Source: Gammaproteobacteria bacterium
GTDB taxonomy: Bacteria > Pseudomonadota > Gammaproteobacteria > Natronospirales > REEB76
DNA: 29,622 nt
Assembly: GCA_050739295.1 (NCBI GenBank)
Contig: JBOIBC010000001.1
Coordinates: 1 to 29,622 of the forward strand
Direction of reading: 5' to 3'
This document shows, one piece after another, positions 9,501 to 17,676 of this stretch. Below the pieces are notes generated by a model. It had not been told where the DNA came from and searched no databases. It saw nothing but the letters and a program-made list of their open reading frames with translations. Each line of letters begins with the position of its first letter. Position 1 is the first letter of the stretch. A program made the position numbers and the translations under genes.

Positions 9501-9925
9501 TCGCCTCACCGGAGCCTCAACAGTTGAGTTACAGCTACAAGGCAACACTCATCAATCACTACTCGGCATCCGACGGCGACATCTTCCCGTATTTCTTCAA
9601 GAAGTATGGCTTGGGACCACTGATCGGCACACGCACCTGGGGCGGCGTACGTGGCATCCGCGGCGAATGGCCGCTGCTCGACGACGGCTACATCACCGTT
9701 TCAGAGTTCACCATGTATGGACTCGATTCCCAGTGGATCATGGAGAACCATGGCGTGGAGCCGGACATGGAAGTGGATGATCTGCCCGAAGATCTGATGC
9801 GTGGTCACGATGCACAACTGCACACGGCGGTGGATTACCTGATTAACAAGATCAAGGCACATCCGCTGGTGCTACCGCCGCCCCCGCCGTTGATTCCGGC
9901 CTACCCACCGCCGGGCCATGATTGA
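6599..9925 (+). CDS. Secreted tricorn protease homolog (peptidase S41 with beta-propellers and PDZ-like domain)
   Basis: Signal peptide; PD40-like repeats (PRFSPNG, WSPDG); ELSNSHTY (His), IGYIYM, DDRYNGGG, SASDGD (catalytic Ser), GTRTWGG, ENHGVEPD. Start set to ATG 6599 after AAGGA. Confidence 0.93.
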   Translation: MFRICFSRRTVLIPALALLALAAGAAQAGNSLMRYPTLHGDSVVFEAHGNLWEVSRAGGTARRLTTDPGFDIMPRFSPNGEWIAFTGQYRGNTDVYVIPATGGDARRLTFHSDVVANAPLRWGPDNMVVTWTPDSKSVVFLSRRNTFNSWFGQLFTVPLSGGLPTQLPIPKGGMLTYSPDGQSIAYNRIFRNFRTWKRYKGGLAQDVWLYNFKDKKSTRVTDYPGADMDPMWYGHVIYFISDRGPAVRKNLWVYDLNSKQFRQVTHFKDYDIDWPSLGDTGITFQDGGALYVMDLPSEQLHKLDVNVPDDGSRTGARWVDASKYLQLMDTAGDTNLALSPNGKRALLQARGDIWSLPKEHGPSRDLTDTSNAEEEYPSWSPDGKWIAYATDISGEDQIAVRPADNSGPQQILTDFKTGYFYGPTWSPGSDKLAFSDNQHQLWYLDVKSRKLVKVAQDKFSEMHDFSWSPDGRWLAYSLTAPNQMRQIYFYNLADAKATLISSPMDNDQGPVFDPDGKYLYFVSARHENPTFSQTEFNIATLKMFGVYVATLTKDEASPFAPRNDEGTFSEKKEQKAGPWKPGDSKPIKIDLDGLMARAVPLPIPGANISGLTATPGHVFYSTVPNQTIAGPLPGVQPELHVYDLAKRKDTVLGSGFYGWTLSADGSTILYNTPDNKLFTQDATPDSKPKPLDISNMWVEINPVQEWNEMYSMAWRLYRDFFWNRKMNGVDWDAVQAKYGKLLPLMGSREDLNYFIGQTIAELSNSHTYVGGGDMDYSVHRTQSGLLGVDFGLDAGSDRYYFKTIYPGDNTRANYRSPLTEPGVNVKQGDYLLAVNGRELKAPINPYSLFVDTAGQDVELRVADNAAGKNARTVLVKTIPNELDIRLKAWIDHNREEVNKLSDGKIGYIYMSDMGAMGMDQFIRQFYPQLTKQGLIIDDRYNGGGFIDQIVLERLRRILVGMNSNREQVASPEPQQLSYSYKATLINHYSASDGDIFPYFFKKYGLGPLIGTRTWGGVRGIRGEWPLLDDGYITVSEFTMYGLDSQWIMENHGVEPDMEVDDLPEDLMRGHDAQLHTAVDYLINKIKAHPLVLPPPPPLIPAYPPPGHD

Positions 9926-9956
9926 TTTTCAAAACGACACGTTTGCCTGATACTCA

Positions 9957-9983
9957 CGGCGGCCTCATGGCCGCCGCTTTTTT
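9957..9983 (+). terminator. Rho-independent terminator after tricorn gene
   Basis: CGGCGGCC-TCAT-GGCCGCCG stem-loop followed by CTTTTTT. Confidence 0.8.
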
Positions 9984-10042
9984 ATATGCGGGTCTTGAAG
10001 ACCACGCATCCAATTCTGGAGGACAAACAATAGGCCGCGCGC

Positions 10043-10078
10043 GTGTCCGGCCGGACACTTTGATGTGTCCGCGGACGC
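10043..10078. promoter_or_regulatory. Tandem palindromes, candidate enhancer (UAS) sites for a sigma54 activator
   Basis: Perfect 16-bp GTGTCCGGCCGGACAC (10043-10058) and near-perfect GTGTCCGCGGACGC (10065-10078), about 130-155 bp upstream of the predicted sigma54 start site. Confidence 0.7.
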
Positions 10079-10177
10079 GATGGGCATTGAAACAACGGCA
10101 GGAATAGCAGGCCGGTTCAGGGTTTTGTGCCAGTGATCAGGCGGCTTCTCAGCCAGCACAGAATCATGGATACAGAT

Positions 10178-10192
10178 TGGCACGCTGCTTGC
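10178..10192 (+). promoter_or_regulatory. sigma54 (-24/-12) promoter
   Basis: TGGCACG-CTGC-TTGC matches TGGCACG-N4-TTGC exactly (GG 10179-80, GC 10191-92); a sigma54 activator is encoded downstream in the same cluster. Confidence 0.9.
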
Positions 10193-10204
10193 CTTGCTAA
10201 ACAC

Positions 10205-11515
10205 ATGAACCCGAACAACCTCAAGAAAAAGATCGTCAGCATCCGCGACAACACCGCTGGCCAGGATGTGGTAGTGGACAACAGATCGCGGCGCCGACGC
10301 AAGCGTTTGTTCATGATCGGCGCGGGTGTGGTATTGCTGGTGGTGCTGGCATTTCTCGCGCCAGGCATCAAGCGCCTGTTGTCCGCCACTGCATCGGTCA
10401 GCGCTTCACGGCTGAGTTTCGCAACTGTCGAACGCGGCCCATTCGTCCGCGACATCGTCGCGGATGGCCGCGTGGTCGCGGCCGTCAGCCCGACCCTGTA
10501 CACGACTTCGGCGGGTTCTGTCACGTTAAAGGTAAACGCCGGCGACACCGTGAAAAAGAATCAAGTGCTGGCGGTCATTGACAGCCCTGCACTCAGCAGC
10601 AGCCTGCTGCAGGAACAATCCACGCTGCTCAGCATGCAAACCGATCTGGGGCGTGAGCGCATCAACGCCAGGAAAGCCTCTCTCCTCAGCCAGGAGAAAG
10701 TGGACTTGGCGAGCGTGATGCTCGAAGCCGCACAGCGTGAGATGAAGCGCGCCGAGGCCGCCTGGGGTTACCACGTCATCAGCCAACTGGATTACGCCAA
10801 AGCCAAGGATGACCTGGCCGCCGCCCAACTGAAACACAAACTTTCGATTGAGGACATCAAGCTGGACAAGGAAGGTCTGAACTTCGATGTACGCGCCAAG
10901 GAGTTGACAGTCAAACGCCAACAACTGCTGGTACAGGAGCTGCAACGTCAGGTAAACGACCTCACCGTACGCGCTCCGGTGGATGGTCAGGTCGGACAAT
11001 TGTTCATCGCGCCGCGTGCAACGGTCGCCTCCGGCGCCAAGCTGTTGACCGTGGTGGATCTGTCCAATCTGGAAGTCGAAGTAACGGTACCCGAGAGCTT
11101 CGCGCGCGACCTCGCGGTTGGCATGCCAACCGACATCACCGGAAACGGCGGTGCATGGAAAGGCGCGGTCAGGGCAATCTCGCCCGAAGTCGTTGACGGC
11201 GAAGTCGCAGCACGCGTGCGCTTTGAAGGTGACAAACCCGAAAACCTGCGCCAGAACCAGCGGCTTTCGGTACGTATAATTCTGGACAAACGCGACAACG
11301 TGCTCACGGTACAGCGTGGCTCGTTCGTGGATGAATCCGGCGGAAATTACGCCTATGTCGTGCACGACGGGCTCGCCGTAAAGACACCGATACGGATCGG
11401 CGCCAGCAGCATTGACAAGGTCGAGATCCTGCAGGGACTGAAAGCCGGCGATCGCATCGTGATTTCCGGCACCGACAATTTCAACGGTGCGGCGCGTGTC
11501 GCAATCAGCAATTGA
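10205..11515 (+). CDS. MacA/HlyD-type periplasmic adaptor (membrane fusion protein)
   Basis: N-terminal TM anchor after RRRRKR, lipoyl-like motifs (VNAGDTVKKNQVLAVI, VRAPVDGQV), long coiled hairpin, C-terminal VEILQGLKAGDRIVISG. Start set to the first ATG downstream of the sigma54 promoter. Confidence 0.9.
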   Translation: MNPNNLKKKIVSIRDNTAGQDVVVDNRSRRRRKRLFMIGAGVVLLVVLAFLAPGIKRLLSATASVSASRLSFATVERGPFVRDIVADGRVVAAVSPTLYTTSAGSVTLKVNAGDTVKKNQVLAVIDSPALSSSLLQEQSTLLSMQTDLGRERINARKASLLSQEKVDLASVMLEAAQREMKRAEAAWGYHVISQLDYAKAKDDLAAAQLKHKLSIEDIKLDKEGLNFDVRAKELTVKRQQLLVQELQRQVNDLTVRAPVDGQVGQLFIAPRATVASGAKLLTVVDLSNLEVEVTVPESFARDLAVGMPTDITGNGGAWKGAVRAISPEVVDGEVAARVRFEGDKPENLRQNQRLSVRIILDKRDNVLTVQRGSFVDESGGNYAYVVHDGLAVKTPIRIGASSIDKVEILQGLKAGDRIVISGTDNFNGAARVAISN

Positions 11516-11520
11516 GTTTT

Positions 11521-11640
11521 CCCTCTCCCGCCGGGAGAGGGTGCCCCGAAGGGGCGGGTGAGGGTACGGAATTGCGCGGTGTTGAACGCTGCGCAAGAAT
11601 CGATCCCTCACCCCCAGCCCCTCTCCCGAAAGGAGAGGGG
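11521..11640. repeat. Inverted pair of CCCTCTCCC/GGGAGAGGG REP-like hairpin repeats
   Basis: ccctctcccgccgggagagggtgccccgaaggggcgggtgaggg (11521-11564) and inverted ccctcacccccagcccctctcccgaaaggagagggg (11605-11640); same family as 5214-5323. Confidence 0.8.
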
Positions 11641-11671
11641 AGCCGAGTTCATACCAACCGAGGAAACTGCG

Positions 11672-12385
11672 ATGCTCAAGATGACACACCTGTCAAAGAT
11701 CTACCGCACCGAGGTGGTGGAGACCCATGCCTTGCGCGATTTCAACATCGACGTGAAAGAGGGTGAATTCGTCGCGCTGATGGGCCCGTCCGGCTCCGGC
11801 AAGACCACCTTCCTGACCATCGCCGGCTTGCTGGAAAGTTTCAGCGGCGGTGAATACCTGCTGGATGGCGTGGATGTCAGCAGGCTCGGCGACAACGCAC
11901 GCTCGAAAATCCGCAACGAAAAAATCGGTTTCGTGTTCCAGAGTTTCAACCTGATTCCCGACCTCAACATATTCGACAACGTGGACGTGCCGTTGCGGTA
12001 TCGGGGTTTCAAGACCAAAGAACGTGCGCGACGCATCCGCGAAGCCCTGGAACTGGTGGGACTCGCTTCGCGCATGAAACACCTGCCCGCGCAACTGTCC
12101 GGTGGGCAACAACAGCGCGTGGCCATCGCGCGGGCCTTGGCCGGCGAGCCGCGCATCCTGCTGGCCGACGAGCCCACCGGCAATCTGGACTCGCTCATGG
12201 CGCGCCAGGTGCTCGACCTGATCGAAGGTATCAATGAAAGCGGCACCACCATCGTCATGGTCACGCATGATCCGGAATTGGCGCGCCGTGCGCACCGCAG
12301 CGTACATATCCTCGACGGTAAGGAAGTGAATCTGGCCGAGAAGCCGGACTTCCACGCCACACAGTCCGCCGCGACGCAAGCGTGA
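11672..12385 (+). CDS. ABC transporter ATP-binding protein (MacB/LolD/SalX-like)
   Basis: Walker A GPSGSGKT, LSGGQQQRVAIARAL, ILLADEPTGNLD, VTHD; GAGGA RBS before ATG 11672. Confidence 0.95.
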   Translation: MLKMTHLSKIYRTEVVETHALRDFNIDVKEGEFVALMGPSGSGKTTFLTIAGLLESFSGGEYLLDGVDVSRLGDNARSKIRNEKIGFVFQSFNLIPDLNIFDNVDVPLRYRGFKTKERARRIREALELVGLASRMKHLPAQLSGGQQQRVAIARALAGEPRILLADEPTGNLDSLMARQVLDLIEGINESGTTIVMVTHDPELARRAHRSVHILDGKEVNLAEKPDFHATQSAATQA

Positions 12386-12390
12386 TGATT

Positions 12391-12409
12391 CCTCTCCCGA
12401 TGGGAGAGG
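12391..12409. repeat. Minimal CCTCTCCC-GAT-GGGAGAGG hairpin (truncated member of the REP-like family)
   Basis: Perfect 8-bp stem in the ATPase-permease intergenic gap. Confidence 0.65.
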
Positions 12410-12431
12410 CCTCAAGCAACGAAGTACACGC

Positions 12432-13751
12432 ATGTTCGCCTACTATCTCGACCTGGCCCTGCGCAGCCTGAAGCGCAATCCAGTCCTCACAGCGCTGATG
12501 ATCCTGGCCATCGCGGTCGGCATCGGCGCCAGCATGACCACGCTAACGGTGATGCACCTGCTCTCCGGCGATCCGCTGCCGGGCAAGAGCGCGCACATCT
12601 ATTACCCGCAGGTGGATGCCAGTCCCGATGATTGGCACAACAAGAACCCGCTGGACATGATGGATTACCGCTCGGCAGTGGATCTGTGGAGCGCGCACCG
12701 TGCCGACCGCCAGGCGCTGATCGTGGACAGCAGCATCAAAGTGCGCGCACCGGACGCAAACCGACCGCCGTTGATGCTGACGATGTTGTCCACCACCTCG
12801 GACTTCTTCCCAATGTTCGAGGTGCCGTTCGAGTACGGCGGCGCGTGGTCGCAGCAGGACGACGCCAACCACTCGCGGGTGGCGGTAATTTCGTCCAATC
12901 TCAACGACAAGCTGTTCGGCGGCCAGGATAGCGTGGGCAAGACCCTACGCCTCAGGGATAGCGACGTGCGCATCGTCGGCGTGCTGAAGCCTTGGCGGCC
13001 GACGCCGGAGTTCTACTACGTGGTGGGTGGCAATTATGCTAACGGGGACACGGCAGGTTACTACGGGAAACCCGAGGACGTATTCGTGCCGTTCCAGACT
13101 GGGCTGGAAATCAACGACGGCAATTTCCAGCAGTTTACCTGCTGGGGCTTTCCCAAAAACCCGGGCCATTTGATCAACTCGCCGTGCGTGTGGATCGGGT
13201 TGTGGGTGGAACTGGATAGTGCCGCGAAGGTGGTGGACTACCGCACGTTCATCGCCAATTACGCGCAACAGCAGAAGGCGCTCGGCCGGTTCGCCAAGAC
13301 CGATTCGCGCATGCTGGACCTGATGCAGTGGCTCAACTACAACCACGTTCTGCCGCGCGACGTGAAACTGCAGACGTGGCTGGCGTTCGCGTTCCTGGCG
13401 ATCTGTCTGTTCAACACGGTTGGCCTGCTGCTCGCGAAATTCCTGCGCCGCGCCGGCGAGATCGGTGTACGCCGGGCGCTGGGCGCGTCACGCCGCTCGG
13501 TGTTTGCGCAATGCCTGACCGAAGCCGGCTTGATCGGTCTGCTGGGCGGCATCGGCGGCTGGTTTCTGACCTTGCTGGGTCTATGGCTGGTGCGTCGCCA
13601 ACCGACGCCGTATTCAGACCTTGTGCACCTGGATATCGCGATGTTCCTCACCACCTTCGCGCTGGCTATCGTGGTCAGCCTGCTTGCCGGCGCGTTGCCC
13701 GCTTTGCGCGCTAGCCGCATCGCGCCGGCATTGCAATTGAAAACACTGTGA
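12432..13751 (+). CDS. MacB/FtsX-family ABC permease (type A1)
   Basis: LALRSLKRNPVLTALMILAIAVGIG, periplasmic domain, RRAGEIGVRRALGA, C-terminus PALQLKTL. Confidence 0.93.
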   Translation: MFAYYLDLALRSLKRNPVLTALMILAIAVGIGASMTTLTVMHLLSGDPLPGKSAHIYYPQVDASPDDWHNKNPLDMMDYRSAVDLWSAHRADRQALIVDSSIKVRAPDANRPPLMLTMLSTTSDFFPMFEVPFEYGGAWSQQDDANHSRVAVISSNLNDKLFGGQDSVGKTLRLRDSDVRIVGVLKPWRPTPEFYYVVGGNYANGDTAGYYGKPEDVFVPFQTGLEINDGNFQQFTCWGFPKNPGHLINSPCVWIGLWVELDSAAKVVDYRTFIANYAQQQKALGRFAKTDSRMLDLMQWLNYNHVLPRDVKLQTWLAFAFLAICLFNTVGLLLAKFLRRAGEIGVRRALGASRRSVFAQCLTEAGLIGLLGGIGGWFLTLLGLWLVRRQPTPYSDLVHLDIAMFLTTFALAIVVSLLAGALPALRASRIAPALQLKTL

Positions 13752-13762
13752 GGACACCAGAA

Positions 13763-14977
13763 ATGCAGATACAGCCAATCCTCGCCGCGCTGCGCAGACA
13801 CCGTCTCGCTACCGTGCTAATTGCGCTGGAAATCGCATTGGCCTGCGCAGTGCTATGCAACGCCTGTTTCCTGATCGCCAACCGCCTTTCAGCGATCCAT
13901 ATCAACAGTGGCGTGGACGAGGCCGCGCTCGGCACCATCCAGTTAAACGGCTATGAGCCCGATCAGGCGGTGGACTTGAATGCGCGCGTGCTCTCCGGCT
14001 TGCGCGCCATCCCTGGTGTGCAATCCGTGTCGCTGTTGAACTCGATTCCATTCGGAATGCGCCGTGGTACGGCCGGGTTGACGCTGGATGCAGCAGGCCA
14101 GCGTTTTGGTGGCGTGGTCGAATTTTACGTTGGCGGCCCCGGATCGTTCCGCGCGCTCGGCCTTCGATTAATACGTGGCCGCGCGCCGGTTGCCGATGAT
14201 TTCCAGCCGTTCTCGGGTCTGCTACCCGAGACAGCGCAGGTGCAGGTGACGCGCGCGCTGGCCGAGCACCTGTGGCCAAGTGTCGATCCGCTCGGCAAAC
14301 AGATCTGGGTTAGCAAGATTCATTACACCGTGGTTGGCATAATCGACCACCTAGTACGGCCGGACCCAACCGGTTGGCCAACCGAAAAGCGCGAATGGTC
14401 GGTGTTCGTCCCGGCATCGTCCGGCAAACTTCTCGCAGGCAGCTATCTGATACGCGCCAAGCCGCAGGATTTGGATCGCGTGATGCGCGACGCGAAAGCT
14501 GCGATTGCCAAGATCGCGCCCGACATAGTGTTAGATCGCGACCAGAGTCATACACTCAATCACTTGCGTCATCGGATATTCCAAACCGACCGCGCAATGA
14601 CGGGGTTGCTGATCGGCGTGATCGTGGCACTACTGGGCGTCACCGCGTTCGGCATCGTTGGACTCGCCAGCTTCTGGGTTGCGCAGAGGCGCAAGCAGAT
14701 AGGCGTACGGCGCGCACTCGGCGCAACCCGCGCGGACATTCTGCATTACTTCCAAACTGAGAACTTCCTGATCGTGACGTTCGGCATTGTACTGGGCATC
14801 ATACTGGCGGTCGGAATCAACCTCACACTGATGAAGTTTTTTGAGCTGCCGCGCCTGCCGCTGTGGTACCTGCCGGTTGGCGCGCTTGCGTTGTGGTTGC
14901 TGGGCCAACTCGCCGTGCTCGGCCCAGCACTGCACGCCGCGGCGGTGCCGCCGGTGGAAGCAACCCGGAGCGTGTGA
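13763..14977 (+). CDS. MacB/FtsX-family ABC permease (type B1)
   Basis: MQIQPILAALRRH..LIALEIALACAVLCNA, QRRKQIGVRRALGA, YFQTENFLI, ATRSV; GAGGA RBS before ATG 13763. Confidence 0.93.
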   Translation: MQIQPILAALRRHRLATVLIALEIALACAVLCNACFLIANRLSAIHINSGVDEAALGTIQLNGYEPDQAVDLNARVLSGLRAIPGVQSVSLLNSIPFGMRRGTAGLTLDAAGQRFGGVVEFYVGGPGSFRALGLRLIRGRAPVADDFQPFSGLLPETAQVQVTRALAEHLWPSVDPLGKQIWVSKIHYTVVGIIDHLVRPDPTGWPTEKREWSVFVPASSGKLLAGSYLIRAKPQDLDRVMRDAKAAIAKIAPDIVLDRDQSHTLNHLRHRIFQTDRAMTGLLIGVIVALLGVTAFGIVGLASFWVAQRRKQIGVRRALGATRADILHYFQTENFLIVTFGIVLGIILAVGINLTLMKFFELPRLPLWYLPVGALALWLLGQLAVLGPALHAAAVPPVEATRSV

Positions 14978-16290
14978 TGTTCGGTTATTACCTCAATCTC
15001 GCACTGCGCAGCCTGAAGCGCAATCCGATCCTCACCGCGCTGATGGTGCTGGCGATAGGACTCGGCATCGGCGCCAGCATGACGATGATTACGGTGCTGC
15101 ACGTGATGTCCGGCGATCCGCTGCCGGGACGCAGCGCGCAGCTGTACCGGCCCTATCTCAATCCATTGCCGCTGAACCACAAGAAGAGCAGCTTCGGACC
15201 CGATCCGAGCATCAACCTGACCTGGCCGGATGCGATGGCGTTGCTGGACGCGCATCACGCCGTGCGGCAGGCGGCGATGGCTGGCGGAACCTTGCTGGTA
15301 TGGCCGCAACGCAGCGATCTGCAACCGTTCTACGTGGACGGCCGCTACGCCACGCCGGATTTCTTCGCGATGTTCGGCGTGCCGTTCGTCGCGGGAGCCG
15401 GGTGGAACTCCGAGGACGAACAAGCCGCGGCGCACGTGATCGTGCTCGCCCAATCATTGGCGCGAAAACTGTTCGGAAACGATGCGGTCATGGGCAAGAC
15501 CGTGCGGCTGGGCGACATCAGCTACCGCGTGATCGGCGTCACGGCCGACTGGGCGCCCAAGCCGCTGTTTTACGCCGATGCCTCCGCCAGTTTCTACAGC
15601 GACGCCGACCAGTTCTTCCTGCCGTTGTCGGTGGCCGTGGACAACAAGCTCCAAATCAACGGCAATGTTTCCGGTTGGGGAAGCGACGCGGCACCAAACA
15701 ACTGGACCGACGCCAGTACGTCATGGATTCAATTCTGGGTGCAGTTGGATTCGCCCGTGCAAGTCGCGGCGTACCAGCAGTTTCTGGTCGATTATTCCGC
15801 CGAACAGAAATCGCTGGGCCGATTCCAGCGCCCGCCCACCGACGCGAAGCTGTACAGCCTGATGGGTTGGCTCGCGCACGAGAACCTGGTGCCGGACGAC
15901 GTGAAGCTGCAAATGTGGCTGGCGCTCGGCTTCCTTGGTGTCGCCATGCTCAACATCGTGGCGCTGCTGCTGGCCAAGTTCTTGCGCCGCAGCGGCGAGA
16001 TCAGCGTGCGCCGCGCGATGGGCGCTCGCAAGCGCGACATATTCGTGCAGTTCGGCATCGAATCCGCGCTGATCGGCGTGGCCGGCGGTTTGCTCGGGCT
16101 CGGCATTTCGCAGATCGGGCTGTGGAGCATCCGCCAGCGTCCCGATGACTACGCACACTTGGCGCAAATGGACCCATCGATGCTGATCGGGACCGTGGCA
16201 TTGGCGACCATCGCCAGCGTGTTGGCAGGGATGTTGCCGGCATGGCGCGCCTGCCGGGTGCCGCCGGCGTTGCAGTTGAAAACGCTGTAG
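14977..16290 (+). CDS. MacB/FtsX-family ABC permease (type A2)
   Basis: MFGYYLNLALRSLKRNPILTALM, paralog of A1; TGATG coupling with B1 at 14975-14979. Confidence 0.93.
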   Translation: MFGYYLNLALRSLKRNPILTALMVLAIGLGIGASMTMITVLHVMSGDPLPGRSAQLYRPYLNPLPLNHKKSSFGPDPSINLTWPDAMALLDAHHAVRQAAMAGGTLLVWPQRSDLQPFYVDGRYATPDFFAMFGVPFVAGAGWNSEDEQAAAHVIVLAQSLARKLFGNDAVMGKTVRLGDISYRVIGVTADWAPKPLFYADASASFYSDADQFFLPLSVAVDNKLQINGNVSGWGSDAAPNNWTDASTSWIQFWVQLDSPVQVAAYQQFLVDYSAEQKSLGRFQRPPTDAKLYSLMGWLAHENLVPDDVKLQMWLALGFLGVAMLNIVALLLAKFLRRSGEISVRRAMGARKRDIFVQFGIESALIGVAGGLLGLGISQIGLWSIRQRPDDYAHLAQMDPSMLIGTVALATIASVLAGMLPAWRACRVPPALQLKTL

Positions 16291-16312
16291 GGCGGGTCAA
16301 GACCCGCCCTAC
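16287..16312. repeat. GTAG-type REP-like perfect hairpin
   Basis: GTAGGGCGGGTC-AA-GACCCGCCCTAC, 12-bp perfect arms, overlapping the TAG stop of permease A2. Confidence 0.75.
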
Positions 16313-16330
16313 GAATCGGAGAAGGTACTG

Positions 16331-17590
16331 ATGGAAATCCGACCGATCCTCGCGACGCTGCGCAAGCACAAGTTGACGGCGATCCTGCTGACGCTGCAGG
16401 TCGCGCTCACCTGTGCGATCGTGTGCAACGTCGCATTCATGATCGCCAATCGGGTGCAGCGCGTTGCATTGCCGACGGGCATTGACGAAAACAGGCTTTC
16501 GGTGGTCCCGGTGACTGGCATCGGCAAGGACGAAAATCCCTGGGCCCGGCACGCAGCCGATCTTGCCTCGCTGCGGCAGATTCCCGGTGTCGATTCGGTG
16601 GTAGCGGTGAGCTACTCGCTGCCACTGGATCAAAACACCTCGAGCTACGGCGTGTGTCCGAGCCAGGCAGCGCTCGCTCGGGTGATGCAGCAGATGTCGA
16701 TAAAGGGCACGAGCTGCGAGCAAGCCAGCATGTTCGATGGTTCGCCCGGATTGTTGCGGACGCTCGGACTGGACCTGATTGCCGGTCGCGACTTTCGCCA
16801 GGATGAATACGTGAAAGAACCGAACGAGTACGCCACGGGTCCACAGGCAAAGCCGCCCGTGGTGATCATCAGCCGCGCGTTGGCGCAGCACTTGTTTCCC
16901 GGACAGGACGCGCTGGGGCGCGAGTTGTACGTCGGGCACGATGTAATGCGCATCATCGGCATCGTGCGCACGTTGTTGAGTCCCCGGCTGATGGGCAATG
17001 GGACCGATTACGACACCATGATCTGGCCGCAACTACCCGACAATTCCGGGGTCGAGTACGTGCTGCGCAGCGAGCCGCAGGATCGCGAGCGAATCCTGCA
17101 AGCTGCAAAAGCGGCCCTGCTCAAGGCCGATCCGAGCCGCATCATCAACCCGGATCGCATGCAGACCTACTCGGAGATTCGCGCCCAATACTTCCAGCGC
17201 GACACCACCATGATTGGTCTGTTGATCACTTCCGCCTTGGGCCTGCTGTTCGTTACCACGCTTGGTATTACCGGCCTTGCGAATTTCTGGGTGCAGCAAC
17301 GCACACGCAGCATCGGTATCCGGCGCGCGGTCGGCGCCACGCGTACCGATATCCTGCGTTACTTTCAGACCGAGAACTTCCTGATCGTGACCTTCGGCAT
17401 CGTGCTGGGCATCGTGCTGGCGTTCGCGATTAACCTGACGCTGATGAAATTCTACGAACTACCACGCTTGCCACTGTGGTACCTGCCGATAGGCGCGCTT
17501 GTGTTGTGGCTGCTGGGTCAACTGGCCGTGCTCGGACCAGCGCTGCATGCCGCGGCGGTGCCGCCCGTTACCGCCACTCGCAGTGTTTGA
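16331..17590 (+). CDS. MacB/FtsX-family ABC permease (type B2)
   Basis: MEIRPILATLRKH, QRTRSIGIRRAVGA, YFQTENFLI, ATRSV; paralog of B1. Confidence 0.93.
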   Translation: MEIRPILATLRKHKLTAILLTLQVALTCAIVCNVAFMIANRVQRVALPTGIDENRLSVVPVTGIGKDENPWARHAADLASLRQIPGVDSVVAVSYSLPLDQNTSSYGVCPSQAALARVMQQMSIKGTSCEQASMFDGSPGLLRTLGLDLIAGRDFRQDEYVKEPNEYATGPQAKPPVVIISRALAQHLFPGQDALGRELYVGHDVMRIIGIVRTLLSPRLMGNGTDYDTMIWPQLPDNSGVEYVLRSEPQDRERILQAAKAALLKADPSRIINPDRMQTYSEIRAQYFQRDTTMIGLLITSALGLLFVTTLGITGLANFWVQQRTRSIGIRRAVGATRTDILRYFQTENFLIVTFGIVLGIVLAFAINLTLMKFYELPRLPLWYLPIGALVLWLLGQLAVLGPALHAAAVPPVTATRSV

Positions 17591-17676
17591 CCTGTCACTT
17601 ACCTGTATAAATGCTTAGACTGATGCCGCGGCGGCGGAGCAGGCTTGCCGTGCCCTGATTCCGAACGAGATGTCAC

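Noticed and set aside
10080..10177. IHF site between the enhancer dyads and the sigma54 promoter
   Set aside because: I found no convincing WATCAANNNNTTR match.
14740..17590. Recent gene conversion between the C-termini of permeases B1 and B2
   Set aside because: The proteins are near-identical but the DNA has many synonymous differences, indicating purifying selection instead.
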